This document shows, one piece after another, positions 29,301 to 38,604 of a stretch of 64,000 bases of DNA. The notes beneath the pieces were generated by a model, which was not told the origin of the DNA, ran no database searches, and saw nothing but the letters and a program-made list of their open reading frames with translations. Source of the stretch: a virus; the IMG/VR virus record IMGVR_UViG_3300044274_000334; one strand, given 5' to 3'. Made by a program: the position numbers and the translations under genes. Numbering within the stretch: the stretch's first letter is position 1; every line of letters starts with the position of its first letter.

Positions 29301-29617
29301 GTCGGAACGTTGGGGATGTCCTTCGCGGGGACTGGCAGCAAAAGACCGCCAACGTAGACCGTTCCTTCGGCCAGGCGGACGGTCGCCGTTGTATCGGGAT
29401 CATCCACTTCCACAACGGCATCGCCACCGCTCTGCCGGTCACCCTCAGCGGCAACCATGCCGCCGACGGCCGCAATCTGATGGCGAAGGAGAGTCTGCAG
29501 TTCATTGAACTCGGATGGCTGCAGATAGCGCCCCCCGATGAAGACCAGCCCTGCTCTGTCGAGAGCTGTCGGGCCGCGGTCCTTTGCGCCCGGGAAGCCG
29601 GAAACATGATCAAACAT
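26378..29617 (-). CDS. Large baseplate/tail structural protein (DUF4815-like)
   Basis: YLQPSEFNELQ, PGAGR, DPLAQTFSL; TAATG overlap with gpI gives start 29617. Confidence 0.75.
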   Translation of the reverse strand: MFDHVSGFPGAKDRGPTALDRAGLVFIGGRYLQPSEFNELQTLLRHQIAAVGGMVAAEGDRQSGGDAVVEVDDPDTTATVRLAEGTVYVGGLLLPVPAKDIPNVPTSGDIAIGVFLERTFIDHEDDATLLGIDEGTASYNEPGAGREIQKLTWGLSTDTITGRFVQVYLMRNGTILNQDPPPALTGVLRQLSSYDFDSNGHYIVEGCRVVALGKLGADQVFSVSAGTANISGWKRIREAAIRLPVPEEPDLETIDAEPHTYVDSGDGTAIVSVNRAPIASVTSAIVTKEITESVVRGATPGGSDVLGQSSIVEILEVTQGGTTFDPGAYGLSGDSISWANAGDEPAQASTYSVRYLYFDAVTPIEVTPTTVKVGGGVAGRTLTLSYTSKLPRIDLIGLEQSGGAVYVKGISARRGALPAKPPSGILKLAEVRNDWINLPVVTNNGTRNYTYDQQLRLFSLLEKVVRQFDRSEQQRDVQSRAAVSREGIFTDLFVSSFYRDEGEPQTAAINRGVLQLAVDQVGIRRSSVSAMLDYVEEVILSQPLSSRPMKINPYANATTMPAELVLEPPTDFWTENVTNFIDGITTELTAAPGTPPGTTTFTQEVSEEVTEAKVLREIDIEFSIDGFAANETLESMTFDGVDILPDPAPVADLDGKISGTFTIPALVPTGARLVRADGLAGSFAEALFVGEGTIETEVMQRVTLVTRAAPPPIINNITNITNVTNVVRNSGGAGEGRGRDAVDPLAQTFSLTEGRHVAGFDFWVGAVGDDNKGVRVQLCTTLNGYPTNQVLAEVFVSMAGKQVGDLIEARFAFPIYLQPAVEFCFVIMTDDPDHAVMIARQGDVDPETGQLISQPAYAIGVMFSSSNRLTWNAHQFDDIKFRMIGARFDPLTKVEEIWKGTLPQFTDMVLRGSVERPSQNTNSRYELVRATGQVIPLAEGQTIEFNEILDEEITIRAVISGTETESPIVWPGTTLIVGKIRDQGQYISRVFPIDGQTEAQVVFAQKLPAGSSLTVDMDKADDNWQPLSVTTTRDLGDGWQEPIYKITPHDAPNGGRVRIVLNGSAGSRPSIAELRAFGV

Positions 29618-30711
29618 TATGCTAACTCCAAGAGCATTTGGACCTTGTCGCGGACGGTTTGACCGAACTCGATAGGAAGGGGCGTGGGAGCAATTTCGAC
29701 ACCGCCTGCAACGTCGGTTCGCCATAGGCGTCCCGGCGCTTCGGAGACGGTGCCGTTTGCAACAAGCGCCACTGACGCTGCGACGGAGCCGTTGCCGTCC
29801 CCGAAACCAGTGTGCGCGTAGGCGTAGATGTGGGTCGGGCTAACCCGATTGATCGCGTAGCGGGCGCCGTTGATCACGATTGGTCCCGACGCTTTCGCCG
29901 CGATCGGCAGCGATCGAGCCAACCTGAAACCGATCGTGTCTCCGACTGCGTCGTCGAAGCGCATCCAAACCGGAAACGGTAGGAATGCATCAGCAATGGT
30001 GGATCTACGCGACTGTTCGGCAGGATCCGCCCACAGGAACTCGTCATCCGCCCAAATCGTGTCGTTCAGAGCCCAATAGTTCGAGGCAACGGGTTCGATC
30101 CAAATCCCGAGGGCCGTCAGCTCGCTTTCAGTGAATGCGGCGCTAACGTCGTGGGTCCGACCGAAGGACCATTTCACATCCGACCCAGCGATCCGGACGC
30201 CGCTGTCATCACCCCAAATGCAATTGCCATGTGTGGTGTAGCCGCCTTCAGCTGCTGGAAAGTCGTGGCCGAAAAAGACCCTGCGCAGCTTCGACCGGAC
30301 CGGGCTCGAGAGAGTGACGATGCCGTCAATGTTGACGAGGTCACCCTCATTATCCCGCAGCCTCCCGAGATGCAGCTGGAAGTCCGCCCAAGCGAGCCGT
30401 CTGGCTGGCGGGTTTATGATCTGTGCCGTGTAGCCAATGAAGCCGAGACCGTCATGGATCGCCTTGTGTGTGCCGCGGTACCGCTCCCACTGCCGGCCCT
30501 GATCAATCAGGTCGTAAAGGTTTGGCAGATACCTGCTTAGCGGCTCGAGGCCGTACTCGTAGATGAGAAACGGCAACAGGCCCGATGGCCGCGTGACAAG
30601 TTTGAGCCTTCTGATTTCGGGGATCGATGACGCTACCCGGGCCTCTGGCGCAACAGACTCGTCAATGGCAATTTCAAAAGTCGTTGCGCTCTGAGGTTGG
30701 ATATGCGTCAT
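29617..30711 (-). CDS. Tail protein I (P2 gpI-like)
   Basis: LPFLIYEYGL, RGTHKAI; follows J. Confidence 0.8.
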   Translation of the reverse strand: MTHIQPQSATTFEIAIDESVAPEARVASSIPEIRRLKLVTRPSGLLPFLIYEYGLEPLSRYLPNLYDLIDQGRQWERYRGTHKAIHDGLGFIGYTAQIINPPARRLAWADFQLHLGRLRDNEGDLVNIDGIVTLSSPVRSKLRRVFFGHDFPAAEGGYTTHGNCIWGDDSGVRIAGSDVKWSFGRTHDVSAAFTESELTALGIWIEPVASNYWALNDTIWADDEFLWADPAEQSRRSTIADAFLPFPVWMRFDDAVGDTIGFRLARSLPIAAKASGPIVINGARYAINRVSPTHIYAYAHTGFGDGNGSVAASVALVANGTVSEAPGRLWRTDVAGGVEIAPTPLPIEFGQTVRDKVQMLLELA

Positions 30712-31595
30712 CTGCCGCGTCCCCTGATTTCAACCGTTACGGTTCCAATCGCAATAGCTTCGTTGTCCGTCGCCTCCACGTCGTTCGCGGGGAGTACGAC
30801 GTCTGCATCTGTCACGCCGGTGAGCAGCGAAGCTTTCACAAGGAACGCTTGGGTGAGATCCAGGCCAAGGAGGTCCTGCCCTACCCATGTGTTGCGGATG
30901 TTGAGAGAAACTTTGTCCGCGACCGTCTCGAGTGCTTGGTCCGAGATCCGGATCGAGACCTTCACGTCAACGGTTTTCCGGACTGCCGAGACCACGTTGA
31001 AGTTGTCGCTGACAACGCGCACATGATCTTGCTCGAGGGCGCTCTTCACGGTGGCCAACAGACCTGCGGTGGCATCGCCGTTCCCAATGGCCGACAGGAC
31101 AGCAACGTTGACCGTGGGGTCCCTGCCCTCTCTCCACACTGCGACATCGCGGACGTCCAGGCTGGCACCCATTGCGACCGCAATGTACCTCTCCCGAGGG
31201 CCGCCAGCCGAACGCCCAAACGATGCGAGCTGGTACCGTTCTTTCAGTCGTTCATCGCTCTCGCCATCCATGCGCGTGACATCAAGCCAAGCTACAAGGT
31301 GGTCGAGGTCGGAGCCGTCTGAGAAAGCCAAGAGATTGGCTCGAGCCGCTTCGTTTATCCGGCCGCGCAAGAGCATTTCTCTGTACGAGAATGCCTGAAA
31401 CAGGGCGTTGAAGGGTTCGCTTTCAAGTCCGGCCGTTGTGATCTCTGGCAATGTAGGATCCTCCGCCCGCTTCGCGTTCCAGTAAGTCAGGAATGAAGTG
31501 GTCAGCTCGTTGAAGATCGTTTCAAAGCTGAGTTCCTGAACAACCTTCGGCGCCGGCAGAGAGGCCAGATCAATTACGGATGTCGCGCTCGTCAT
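30708..31595 (-). CDS. Baseplate J
   Basis: IDLASLPAPKVVQELSFE, LLAFSDGSDLDHL, GESDERLKER. Confidence 0.92.
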   Translation of the reverse strand: MTSATSVIDLASLPAPKVVQELSFETIFNELTTSFLTYWNAKRAEDPTLPEITTAGLESEPFNALFQAFSYREMLLRGRINEAARANLLAFSDGSDLDHLVAWLDVTRMDGESDERLKERYQLASFGRSAGGPRERYIAVAMGASLDVRDVAVWREGRDPTVNVAVLSAIGNGDATAGLLATVKSALEQDHVRVVSDNFNVVSAVRKTVDVKVSIRISDQALETVADKVSLNIRNTWVGQDLLGLDLTQAFLVKASLLTGVTDADVVLPANDVEATDNEAIAIGTVTVEIRGRGR

Positions 31596-31607
31596 GTCTT
31601 CCCCGCA

Positions 31608-32012
31608 CTAGGCGTCGGAAAGATCGGACGCCATGAATGAAACAGATTTTTCGACCGGGCGGCTGAAGTCGCCCAGGTGACCATTTTCGAAGTAGACGCC
31701 GCTGAGATTGAACTGCAGCTCCCCGGGGGTAGCCGCGTTCACGTTCGCTCTAAGGAGAACGAAACCAGGCTCGCCGTACTGGCGGCCTTCTACGATTCGC
31801 GGCTCAAGTGCCTGAGCTATCGCGACGTAGATCCGGATGACGTTTTCGGAAGTCTGAGGAATGTCGATCAGTCTCGGCAGTTCGCTTCCGAACTTGCGGC
31901 GCTGCACCCTTGATCCAAATTCTGTCGAGAGAATTTTTCGGATGCTTTGCTTGCAATGGTCCCACCCAAAGAGGAGACCACCGGTGTTTGCGTCGAAACC
32001 GACCCGCGCCAT
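31608..32012 (-). CDS. Baseplate W / gp25-like
   Basis: HCKQSIRKILST..GSRVQRRKFGSELPRLID. Confidence 0.9.
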   Translation of the reverse strand: MARVGFDANTGGLLFGWDHCKQSIRKILSTEFGSRVQRRKFGSELPRLIDIPQTSENVIRIYVAIAQALEPRIVEGRQYGEPGFVLLRANVNAATPGELQFNLSGVYFENGHLGDFSRPVEKSVSFMASDLSDA

Positions 32013-32215
32013 CAGTCAGCCTTCACCTGGGAGGTGGACCGAGAGCGACGCTTCTTCGGCCGTGCTGTGCGCTCAGCCTTCGGAGGCTCCGAGGAGATGA
32101 GGTTTGCCATCTCAAGGTATTTGGCCTGCTTGGCAGAATATTCGCCCACCGGTTCACCAGCGAGGCGGTAAGTGCCGTCGATGACCCCTTCCTGCACTGC
32201 ATAGTAGGTTTTCAA
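32012..32215 (-). CDS. Small basic hypothetical protein
   Basis: AAGGAGG then TTG at 32215; between V and W. Confidence 0.6.
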   Translation of the reverse strand: MKTYYAVQEGVIDGTYRLAGEPVGEYSAKQAKYLEMANLISSEPPKAERTARPKKRRSRSTSQVKAD

Positions 32216-32225
32216 ACTCGCCTCC

Positions 32226-32792
32226 TTAGACTGGTGTTTCGGTGACATCGCCGCCTTTGACGATGCCTCCGTGCCTGTGGGTGTCATCGATCACCGTGCC
32301 GTTGTGTTTCACGTAGCCGTCGGAGAAATCGACGTTGCCTTTGATGATGACGTTTCCCTCGATCTCGACGTTCGCCTTGATGCGGTACGTTTCTGTTTCG
32401 AGGGAGTGGCTGTCGGCTCGGGTCTCAAGCTTGGTCCCGCCGATCGTTCGCGAAGACATCTCGCCTTCCTGGTGGGGCTGCGGCGCCTCGTCCGTGTACC
32501 CCCCTGGCAGGATGAAGCCCTTTGCAGGGTCTCCGTTGGGAGAGAAAAACATCACGCGCTGCCCAACCGACAGAGGATCCCAATCGACAATTGAGCCCGC
32601 GTATTGAAGCCACGGCACCAGGTCTGTCTCGACGCCATGCGCATCCACTCGTGCGGTACCGGTCTCTACATCGACCTCAATGACCTTGGCTTCGCGGATC
32701 ATGTTGTTCATCCGGCTGCCCTGGCGTTCGACGACTTGCTCGAGGAATGTCAGCCGATCGACAAGGATCCGGAGCGTCTGTTCAAAGCTCAT
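32226..32792 (-). CDS. Baseplate V / spike
   Basis: VPWLQYAG..WDPLSVGQRV, C-terminal HRHGG. Confidence 0.9.
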   Translation of the reverse strand: MSFEQTLRILVDRLTFLEQVVERQGSRMNNMIREAKVIEVDVETGTARVDAHGVETDLVPWLQYAGSIVDWDPLSVGQRVMFFSPNGDPAKGFILPGGYTDEAPQPHQEGEMSSRTIGGTKLETRADSHSLETETYRIKANVEIEGNVIIKGNVDFSDGYVKHNGTVIDDTHRHGGIVKGGDVTETPV

Positions 32793-33553
32793 CCGTTCAG
32801 CCCCGAGAAGTTGTAGGTGATCGGAGTGCTCATCGTGACCGAGTTCAGCGGCTTGCCTAAGCTTTCGCCAACTTCTCGGCTCCAACCAAAAGTTCTCATC
32901 AGACGAGTTGCGTCGTCATCTGAAGCGCCGAGCCTCATGAACTCGCGGATTTCGGGCACCCGGTCGGCATAGTCGCCGCCGTTCTCAAGCCTCGCCAGGA
33001 ACGTCTCGAGCACTGGCGGGATAACGCCCGACTGGTTCTCACGAGGCGCTTTCATCTCAAGCGTGATCTGACGAGCTGCCAACCTGTTTCCGCCTTCCAC
33101 GGAAGCGCCGCGGCGGCTGATGACATTTTCATAGGACGGGCAAAGGAAGTTGAATGCATCCGAAGCCTCGTTGCCGTCGGACAGGGCGCGGAAAACCTGC
33201 GCCTCGAGGTAATCGAGCGAAAGTTCAATCTCGCTATCAGTGACCGGGCATTCGACCGTGTAGCTTTCCGGTTCGCCGGCCCCGTCCATCTTCGTGGCCA
33301 TGATGACCAGAAGTTCAATCGTGATATTCAGGAACCTGTCCCGGTGCACAACCTGCCCCTTCGACCAATGGTCCTTGTCGTAATCGGTGTAGATCACGCA
33401 GCAAGGAAACACCCGGTCGAGCTTCATATCCTCGACAGGCTCGATCTTGCTGTCGAAGATATTGCCCCCGGCCAGGGTCGGCCATGGCGCGGTGTAGAAA
33501 TTGTTGATCGCAGATACCGCCGCCATGCGAGCGATAGATCGGTACATGCTCAT
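32789..33553 (-). CDS. Putative tail terminator/completion protein
   Basis: Position between head closure and baseplate V. Confidence 0.5.
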   Translation of the reverse strand: MSMYRSIARMAAVSAINNFYTAPWPTLAGGNIFDSKIEPVEDMKLDRVFPCCVIYTDYDKDHWSKGQVVHRDRFLNITIELLVIMATKMDGAGEPESYTVECPVTDSEIELSLDYLEAQVFRALSDGNEASDAFNFLCPSYENVISRRGASVEGGNRLAARQITLEMKAPRENQSGVIPPVLETFLARLENGGDYADRVPEIREFMRLGASDDDATRLMRTFGWSREVGESLGKPLNSVTMSTPITYNFSGLNG

Positions 33554-33972
33554 CCCTGCGGCCCCCTATGAACAAGCTCAAGAACGACGCGGGACATGCC
33601 GTCGCGCTGTGAACTCATCACATCGAACTCTGGCAGTTCCGGCCGTTCTGGAAATTTGACTATGTCGCCTTGCTTCGGTTCTTCAACGCCGATCGGGAAA
33701 TACACCCGGTCAACGGAGAGCTGAGGGTCGCGACCAGTTTGAAGTGCCCGCAGATCGTTGGCCTCTCGATACGATCTGCGAACACCCAGCTGAACGCCGC
33801 TCTCGACAGAGATGTAGTCAAGGATGCCCTTGCCAGTGATGGTGGTGCGAGAGGTGTCAACCGTCGGTCTCCCGTTCGGTGAAGACACCATGGGGACCAG
33901 CGTGAAAGGAATAGCGTTCACCCGGTCGACACTTCTGCTGACCATCCTGTCCAGCCTGTCGAAGATAGCCAT
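33550..33972 (-). CDS. Putative head-closure protein
   Basis: Position; beta-rich, PKQGDIV motif. Confidence 0.55.
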   Translation of the reverse strand: MAIFDRLDRMVSRSVDRVNAIPFTLVPMVSSPNGRPTVDTSRTTITGKGILDYISVESGVQLGVRRSYREANDLRALQTGRDPQLSVDRVYFPIGVEEPKQGDIVKFPERPELPEFDVMSSQRDGMSRVVLELVHRGPQG

Positions 33973-33981
33973 TGGTCAGCC

Positions 33982-34197
33982 TTACTTGTTGTCGGTTCCC
34001 GCCTTCGTCGAGGAGGTCCGAGTCGTTCCCTGCTTCTTCAGAGCAGCCTCGATTTCTTTTTCGGTGAGCTGCCCCTCGGCAATGAGGCCCGCGTCTTTGC
34101 GTTCCTTGGCGTCGTCAGCCGACATGCGAATGAACTCGCCCTGGTTCCGGTGCCGACCCTTGATGAAGGTCCGGTGCAATACCGTGTAATCTTTCAT
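33982..34197 (-). CDS. Small hypothetical protein (capsid-associated position)
   Basis: GGAGG RBS, 71 aa. Confidence 0.65.
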   Translation of the reverse strand: MKDYTVLHRTFIKGRHRNQGEFIRMSADDAKERKDAGLIAEGQLTEKEIEAALKKQGTTRTSSTKAGTDNK

Positions 34198-34251
34198 GCC
34201 ACCCTCCTAGAGTGGGCGGCGGCCTAAGCCGCCGTGGGTTGGTGGGGCAGC

Positions 34252-34581
34252 TTAGAAGCTGTCGTTGAACCGAACGCGACCAGTTCCGGAAGGGTTCTCG
34301 GCGACGGCGGCAGCGATGCCAACCTTGGTATTGCCGGTGCCGTCGCTGGTCAGCAAACCGCCAGCGGTGACGAAGATCTCATCACCGACTGCCCATGCCT
34401 CGGCAACGACCTTTCCGGACTCGTAGACGCCACCGATAGCGACTTCGTACTCCTCGTCTTCGACTGCGGAGGTCGCGGCCACACCGACGAGCTTGCCTTT
34501 AACAACGATGTCGCCGCTCGTAACGCCCGACGCGCCTGCGACCAGCGTCAGGACTTTTCCAGGCTGAATGAAATTGCGCAT
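34252..34581 (-). CDS. DUF2190 capsid cement-like protein
   Basis: MRNFIQPGKVL...SGDIVV..VGVA...GVYE. Confidence 0.85.
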   Translation of the reverse strand: MRNFIQPGKVLTLVAGASGVTSGDIVVKGKLVGVAATSAVEDEEYEVAIGGVYESGKVVAEAWAVGDEIFVTAGGLLTSDGTGNTKVGIAAAVAENPSGTGRVRFNDSF

Positions 34582-34656
34582 TGGTTTCTCCAATGAAGTT
34601 GAAACGGAAACGCCGGTGACGTGATGCACCGGCGCTTTATTGGTTGCGTCGAGCGA

Positions 34657-36861
34657 TTAGACGCCCGGGTTCTTGTAGCCGAACCGGAAGTCGGTCAGGC
34701 CGGCACCGAAGTCGTGAGCGATCTTGTACTCGATGCCATCGACGTCGAAGCCGATGCGCTCTTCGTAGCGCGGCTGCTCATGACCGGCGAGGTAGGCGTA
34801 CTGCAAGCCGCGCCCGTTGGTCTGCTGGTTGCCAGCGAACAGGAAGAACGCCTTGGTGTTGATGTCATCGAGACGGGGCTCGTAGACCGGCGTCAGTGCA
34901 CGGGTGGTGTTGGCAATCGTTGCCGCTGCAGTGTTCGGCGTGAACACCGCACCGGTCTGCCGCTCGGCTTCAATGGACAACGCGGTGCCCGTGTAGAGGA
35001 AGTTCGGCGAGAGCTTGATCTGCTCGCCATCCAGGTTCTTCAGCTGACGGAAGGCCAGGACACCTTTCTCGAGGTTGGCCTGGTCAAGAGCGGTGCCAGG
35101 AGATGCAAGGTTGCCACGGCTGCCATGGAACAGAGCGGTACCGTCCTTGAGCTTCGCATTCTTGATGACGACACCCCAGACGATATCACCTTCAAGCTTG
35201 CCGATCTTACCGCCCCAATCCTTGATCAGACGAGTGAACGCGCCGAGCTGATCGTTGATGATCATACGGCGGGTCAGGCCAAGGATCTTGCCGTAGGACT
35301 CGATCCTGAAGCCTTCAGAGCTTTCCTTCACGGTGCCCCGCTTGAACTCGCCATGCTCGTTCACTTTTTCCAGATCAGGCGCACTGCCCATTTCCAGCGC
35401 AGTCACTTCACGGAAATCGGTAACGATGTTCCGGTGGGCGATCGCTTCAAAAGTGTTGGCGTACTCGTCATAGCCAGCCATCAAGGTCTGACGGGTGATG
35501 TCGCCAAGGATGATCGGGAAGTCGCTCGTCGAGTGAAGAGCGCGCTGAACGATTTCCTGAGCGGAGCCGCGAGTGTCGCCGCCATTCATGCGGATCAGTT
35601 CGCGGGCAATGTCCATGGCAGACATACCGCGCCATTCGTTCGCACCTTCCATGAGGTCCGCCACGACATTGTGACGGTGAAGAATGGCGTTCGCGACCTG
35701 AGACCGCGTGGTCTCCTGTGAGTCACGCATGCCACGGGTTTCGACAACCGGGAAGCTGCCGGTCCGCTGCTGGTGATCGACAAGGTGGTCGAGCAGAGCA
35801 CTGCGGAACTGTTCCAGGCTCGAGCCATTCTCGAGAGCCGTCCGGACGAAACCTTCGTCTGCGTTCACACCGGCAGTACGAGCCGCATTCAGAATTTCAT
35901 TCTGACGGGTACGGTCGGCACGGACAGCATCCTGAGCGATACGCTGTGCATCGCCTTCAGACAAAGTCGGAGCCTGGCTGACCTGTCCGGTCTGCCCCTG
36001 GGGAGCATCGGAACGGGTCTGGGTACCTGCTGCAGCGGTACGGGCCGCTTCCTGCTCGGCAGCTGCCTGAGCAGCGGCTTCCGCGTCAGACGCAGCACGG
36101 TCTTCGGCGTCATAGGCGGCGAGAAGACGTGCACGCAGGGCGTCGTCGCTCTCGTCAGCGTTACGGGTGATGCCCGCACCAATGGCAAGAGCGTCCAGCT
36201 GATCGCCCTTATACTTCTTCGCTGCTTCGCGCTTGTTCATGGGGTTCTCCAAAGTAGTTGCCGGATCATTTTCGGCAGTTGATTGGCGCTGTGTCGTCAC
36301 AGCACACACAAAGGTTTCCTCGTCCTTGGAAGAACGAGAGTGAGCGCCCGCATCCGCAGGTACCAAGACGACCGAAAGCTCCATAGGTTCCCAATCGATC
36401 GCCCGAAAAACGGGCAGGCTACCTTCAGAGCTTTCAGTCTTTTCGTAGGAGTGGATCCGATAGCCGACGGAGATCTGAATAGAATGACCGTCGAGGAGAT
36501 CCCGAAAGATGGCTTCACCCGCTTCATTGCGAGAGAACTTCACCACTGCGTAGGCAACACCGCCTTCAATCCGGACAGTTCCGGGGACGACCGTGCCAAG
36601 GCGCGACTTCATCGACCAGACGTCATGTGAGTCGAGCAGTGACATGCCGGCCGCAAACCGGTCCAAACGGATTGCCGAGGGCTCCATGGAAAGTTCTTCC
36701 ATGTAGTAGCCTTCGTCCCACGAGTAGCGCTTCACAGCGGCACCGGTGGACCAGATCACTTCGACAGTCCGATCACTTTCGTTCACGGTGTCGGAGCGAA
36801 TTTCAACGGTGCCGAAAAGCTTCGGCACCCTCATCTTTTCTGCCGCGACTGCGTCAGGCAT
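34657..36861 (-). CDS. Prohead protease - major capsid protein fusion
   Basis: N-terminal protease (LLDSH, ISVGY, WEPMELSVV..PAD) then capsid (STSDFPIIL, DFGAG..DFR). Confidence 0.9.
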   Translation of the reverse strand: MPDAVAAEKMRVPKLFGTVEIRSDTVNESDRTVEVIWSTGAAVKRYSWDEGYYMEELSMEPSAIRLDRFAAGMSLLDSHDVWSMKSRLGTVVPGTVRIEGGVAYAVVKFSRNEAGEAIFRDLLDGHSIQISVGYRIHSYEKTESSEGSLPVFRAIDWEPMELSVVLVPADAGAHSRSSKDEETFVCAVTTQRQSTAENDPATTLENPMNKREAAKKYKGDQLDALAIGAGITRNADESDDALRARLLAAYDAEDRAASDAEAAAQAAAEQEAARTAAAGTQTRSDAPQGQTGQVSQAPTLSEGDAQRIAQDAVRADRTRQNEILNAARTAGVNADEGFVRTALENGSSLEQFRSALLDHLVDHQQRTGSFPVVETRGMRDSQETTRSQVANAILHRHNVVADLMEGANEWRGMSAMDIARELIRMNGGDTRGSAQEIVQRALHSTSDFPIILGDITRQTLMAGYDEYANTFEAIAHRNIVTDFREVTALEMGSAPDLEKVNEHGEFKRGTVKESSEGFRIESYGKILGLTRRMIINDQLGAFTRLIKDWGGKIGKLEGDIVWGVVIKNAKLKDGTALFHGSRGNLASPGTALDQANLEKGVLAFRQLKNLDGEQIKLSPNFLYTGTALSIEAERQTGAVFTPNTAAATIANTTRALTPVYEPRLDDINTKAFFLFAGNQQTNGRGLQYAYLAGHEQPRYEERIGFDVDGIEYKIAHDFGAGLTDFRFGYKNPGV

Positions 36862-38377
36862 TATCGTTGTCTCCTGGCGGGTTTTGGGTCTGGTGAGCCT
36901 GACCGACCGACGAGACCTTTCGCGGATCGCTGTCGAAGATCATGCCGCTCTTGGTTTTGTCGACTTTCGAGAACCATTCATCGATCTCCGAAAGGACAGT
37001 CGACGGGTTCCGGCCGGTCTTCGCGATGATTTCCTGAGGCGAGCGCTTGCCCATGCGGATGTCTGCGAGGTCTGCCTTCGCTTCATCCAACCTGTCGATG
37101 CTCTCGAACTCAGGCGCTTGCCATTCAACGCCAACCTTGACGTTCATTGGGATACGGCCAGCGACCTTGGCAGCTTCAACGAACCAGTCCCACTGCCGCT
37201 GAAGAGATTGGAAGATCAGGATTTGCCACTGCACGGTTTCAACGAACCGCTTGTAGTCCTGAAGGCCCAGCTTGCCGGAAGCGAAATTGGCCTGGCTGAA
37301 GTCACCGGTCATAAGCTCGTACGGCAGACGGCCACCGGCAGCGATCGTCCGGTACCGGGTGCGGAGATACGCCTCAATGCCGGCTGATGCTGCCGGGGTG
37401 TTGAAGCGGATGTCCTTGCCGCCATAGGCGACAGCGAACATGCCAGGCTCCATTCGTTCGAGTGCGTTTCCGTACACGTCCCTGAGCGGTGGCTCGTGAC
37501 CGTCCCTGTCTTCTTCGAGCCCCACGTTCGGATCGTCTTCCTCATCACCAGGAATGACGACGCCAACGAGGCAGGCCTCGGTTTTCTTTCGGATGTTTTC
37601 CGACACTTCGTAATCGCGAACGTCCCGAAGCTCGGTCATGACCGGAGCAAGCCAAGGGGCGCCACGGGACTGGTTGGTCAGGGGTTCAAAGAGATGAACC
37701 ACTTCATTCGCCGGAACGAACGACGATGTCAGGCCGCTCTTCAGTCTAAGCAACGTGGAAAGCGGGTTCTGATTGAACAGCCAGTACCCACGGCGACGAC
37801 CAATTTTGTCGTACTCGACGCCGTTGACGATGATGTTTTTGCCCGCCTCGCCGTTCTTGTTCCAATCGCAAAACTCGGAGTCGAGAATTTCAAGCTGAAG
37901 AGGAACCGGAAGTTGGTCACTGGCTCTGCGCCAGCGACGGCGAACGAAAGCTTCACCGTCCATCACCATCATCCGAGCGGACAGAAGCGACAGGCCGTAG
38001 AAGTCGTATCGGCCTTGCACTTCACAAACCTTCGACCATTCGTCAAACAGGTCGTTGATCGACTCGTTCAACTTGTCGTCGCCAGTCTTGGCCCGAGGGA
38101 CAATGCCAGGGCCTACAAAATAGCTGGCATGGGTGTTGATGATCTTTCGGGCCAAGGGGTTGTTGCGATCGAGATCCCGAGACCGCGACCGAAGCACGGT
38201 ACCCGACCTCGCAATCTCAGCGTCCGAGGTCGAGTTCCCGGTGTACCAGTGGGCACCATTCCGCCCCTGTGCCGCACCTTCGTAGCCGCGCTTTTTGGGC
38301 TGCTCGAACTCGCTAGGGCTCTGTCCGGATCCCAATGTGAAAAGGCGCTTCAGTAGAGCGCCAACTTTGCTCGCCAT
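36854..38377 (-). CDS. Portal protein, lambda family
   Basis: LRSRSRDLDRNN, DGEAF, QSRGAPW, NFASGK. Confidence 0.92.
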   Translation of the reverse strand: MASKVGALLKRLFTLGSGQSPSEFEQPKKRGYEGAAQGRNGAHWYTGNSTSDAEIARSGTVLRSRSRDLDRNNPLARKIINTHASYFVGPGIVPRAKTGDDKLNESINDLFDEWSKVCEVQGRYDFYGLSLLSARMMVMDGEAFVRRRWRRASDQLPVPLQLEILDSEFCDWNKNGEAGKNIIVNGVEYDKIGRRRGYWLFNQNPLSTLLRLKSGLTSSFVPANEVVHLFEPLTNQSRGAPWLAPVMTELRDVRDYEVSENIRKKTEACLVGVVIPGDEEDDPNVGLEEDRDGHEPPLRDVYGNALERMEPGMFAVAYGGKDIRFNTPAASAGIEAYLRTRYRTIAAGGRLPYELMTGDFSQANFASGKLGLQDYKRFVETVQWQILIFQSLQRQWDWFVEAAKVAGRIPMNVKVGVEWQAPEFESIDRLDEAKADLADIRMGKRSPQEIIAKTGRNPSTVLSEIDEWFSKVDKTKSGMIFDSDPRKVSSVGQAHQTQNPPGDNDNA

Positions 38378-38604
38378 CAGCGCCCCCTTGAGAAGGTTGT
38401 GAGGATGACGTGCTTGCGCTTCGGTTTCCCACCAAGCTCGCCTTCGATGTCCTTCACGATTTTCCGCATCTCTTCCAGGCTGCGGTAGGTGACCTCCCTT
38501 TCACGGAACCGGATCTTCAGCGCACCCGAGAAGATTGCTTCCTTCAGTTCTCTGAGAAGGGCCCGCTTCTCTTCAACAGTGAGCCCGTCGTCGATGGTGG
38601 ACAT
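38377..38604 (-). CDS. Head-tail joining protein (lambda gpW-like)
   Basis: LKEAIFSGALKIRFREREVTYRSLEEM. Confidence 0.85.
   Translation of the reverse strand: MSTIDDGLTVEEKRALLRELKEAIFSGALKIRFREREVTYRSLEEMRKIVKDIEGELGGKPKRKHVILTTFSRGR

Noticed and set aside
34217-34234. Hairpin CGGCGGC/GCCGCCG as a terminator
   Set aside because: No U-tract on either strand; more likely a stabiliser or processing stem
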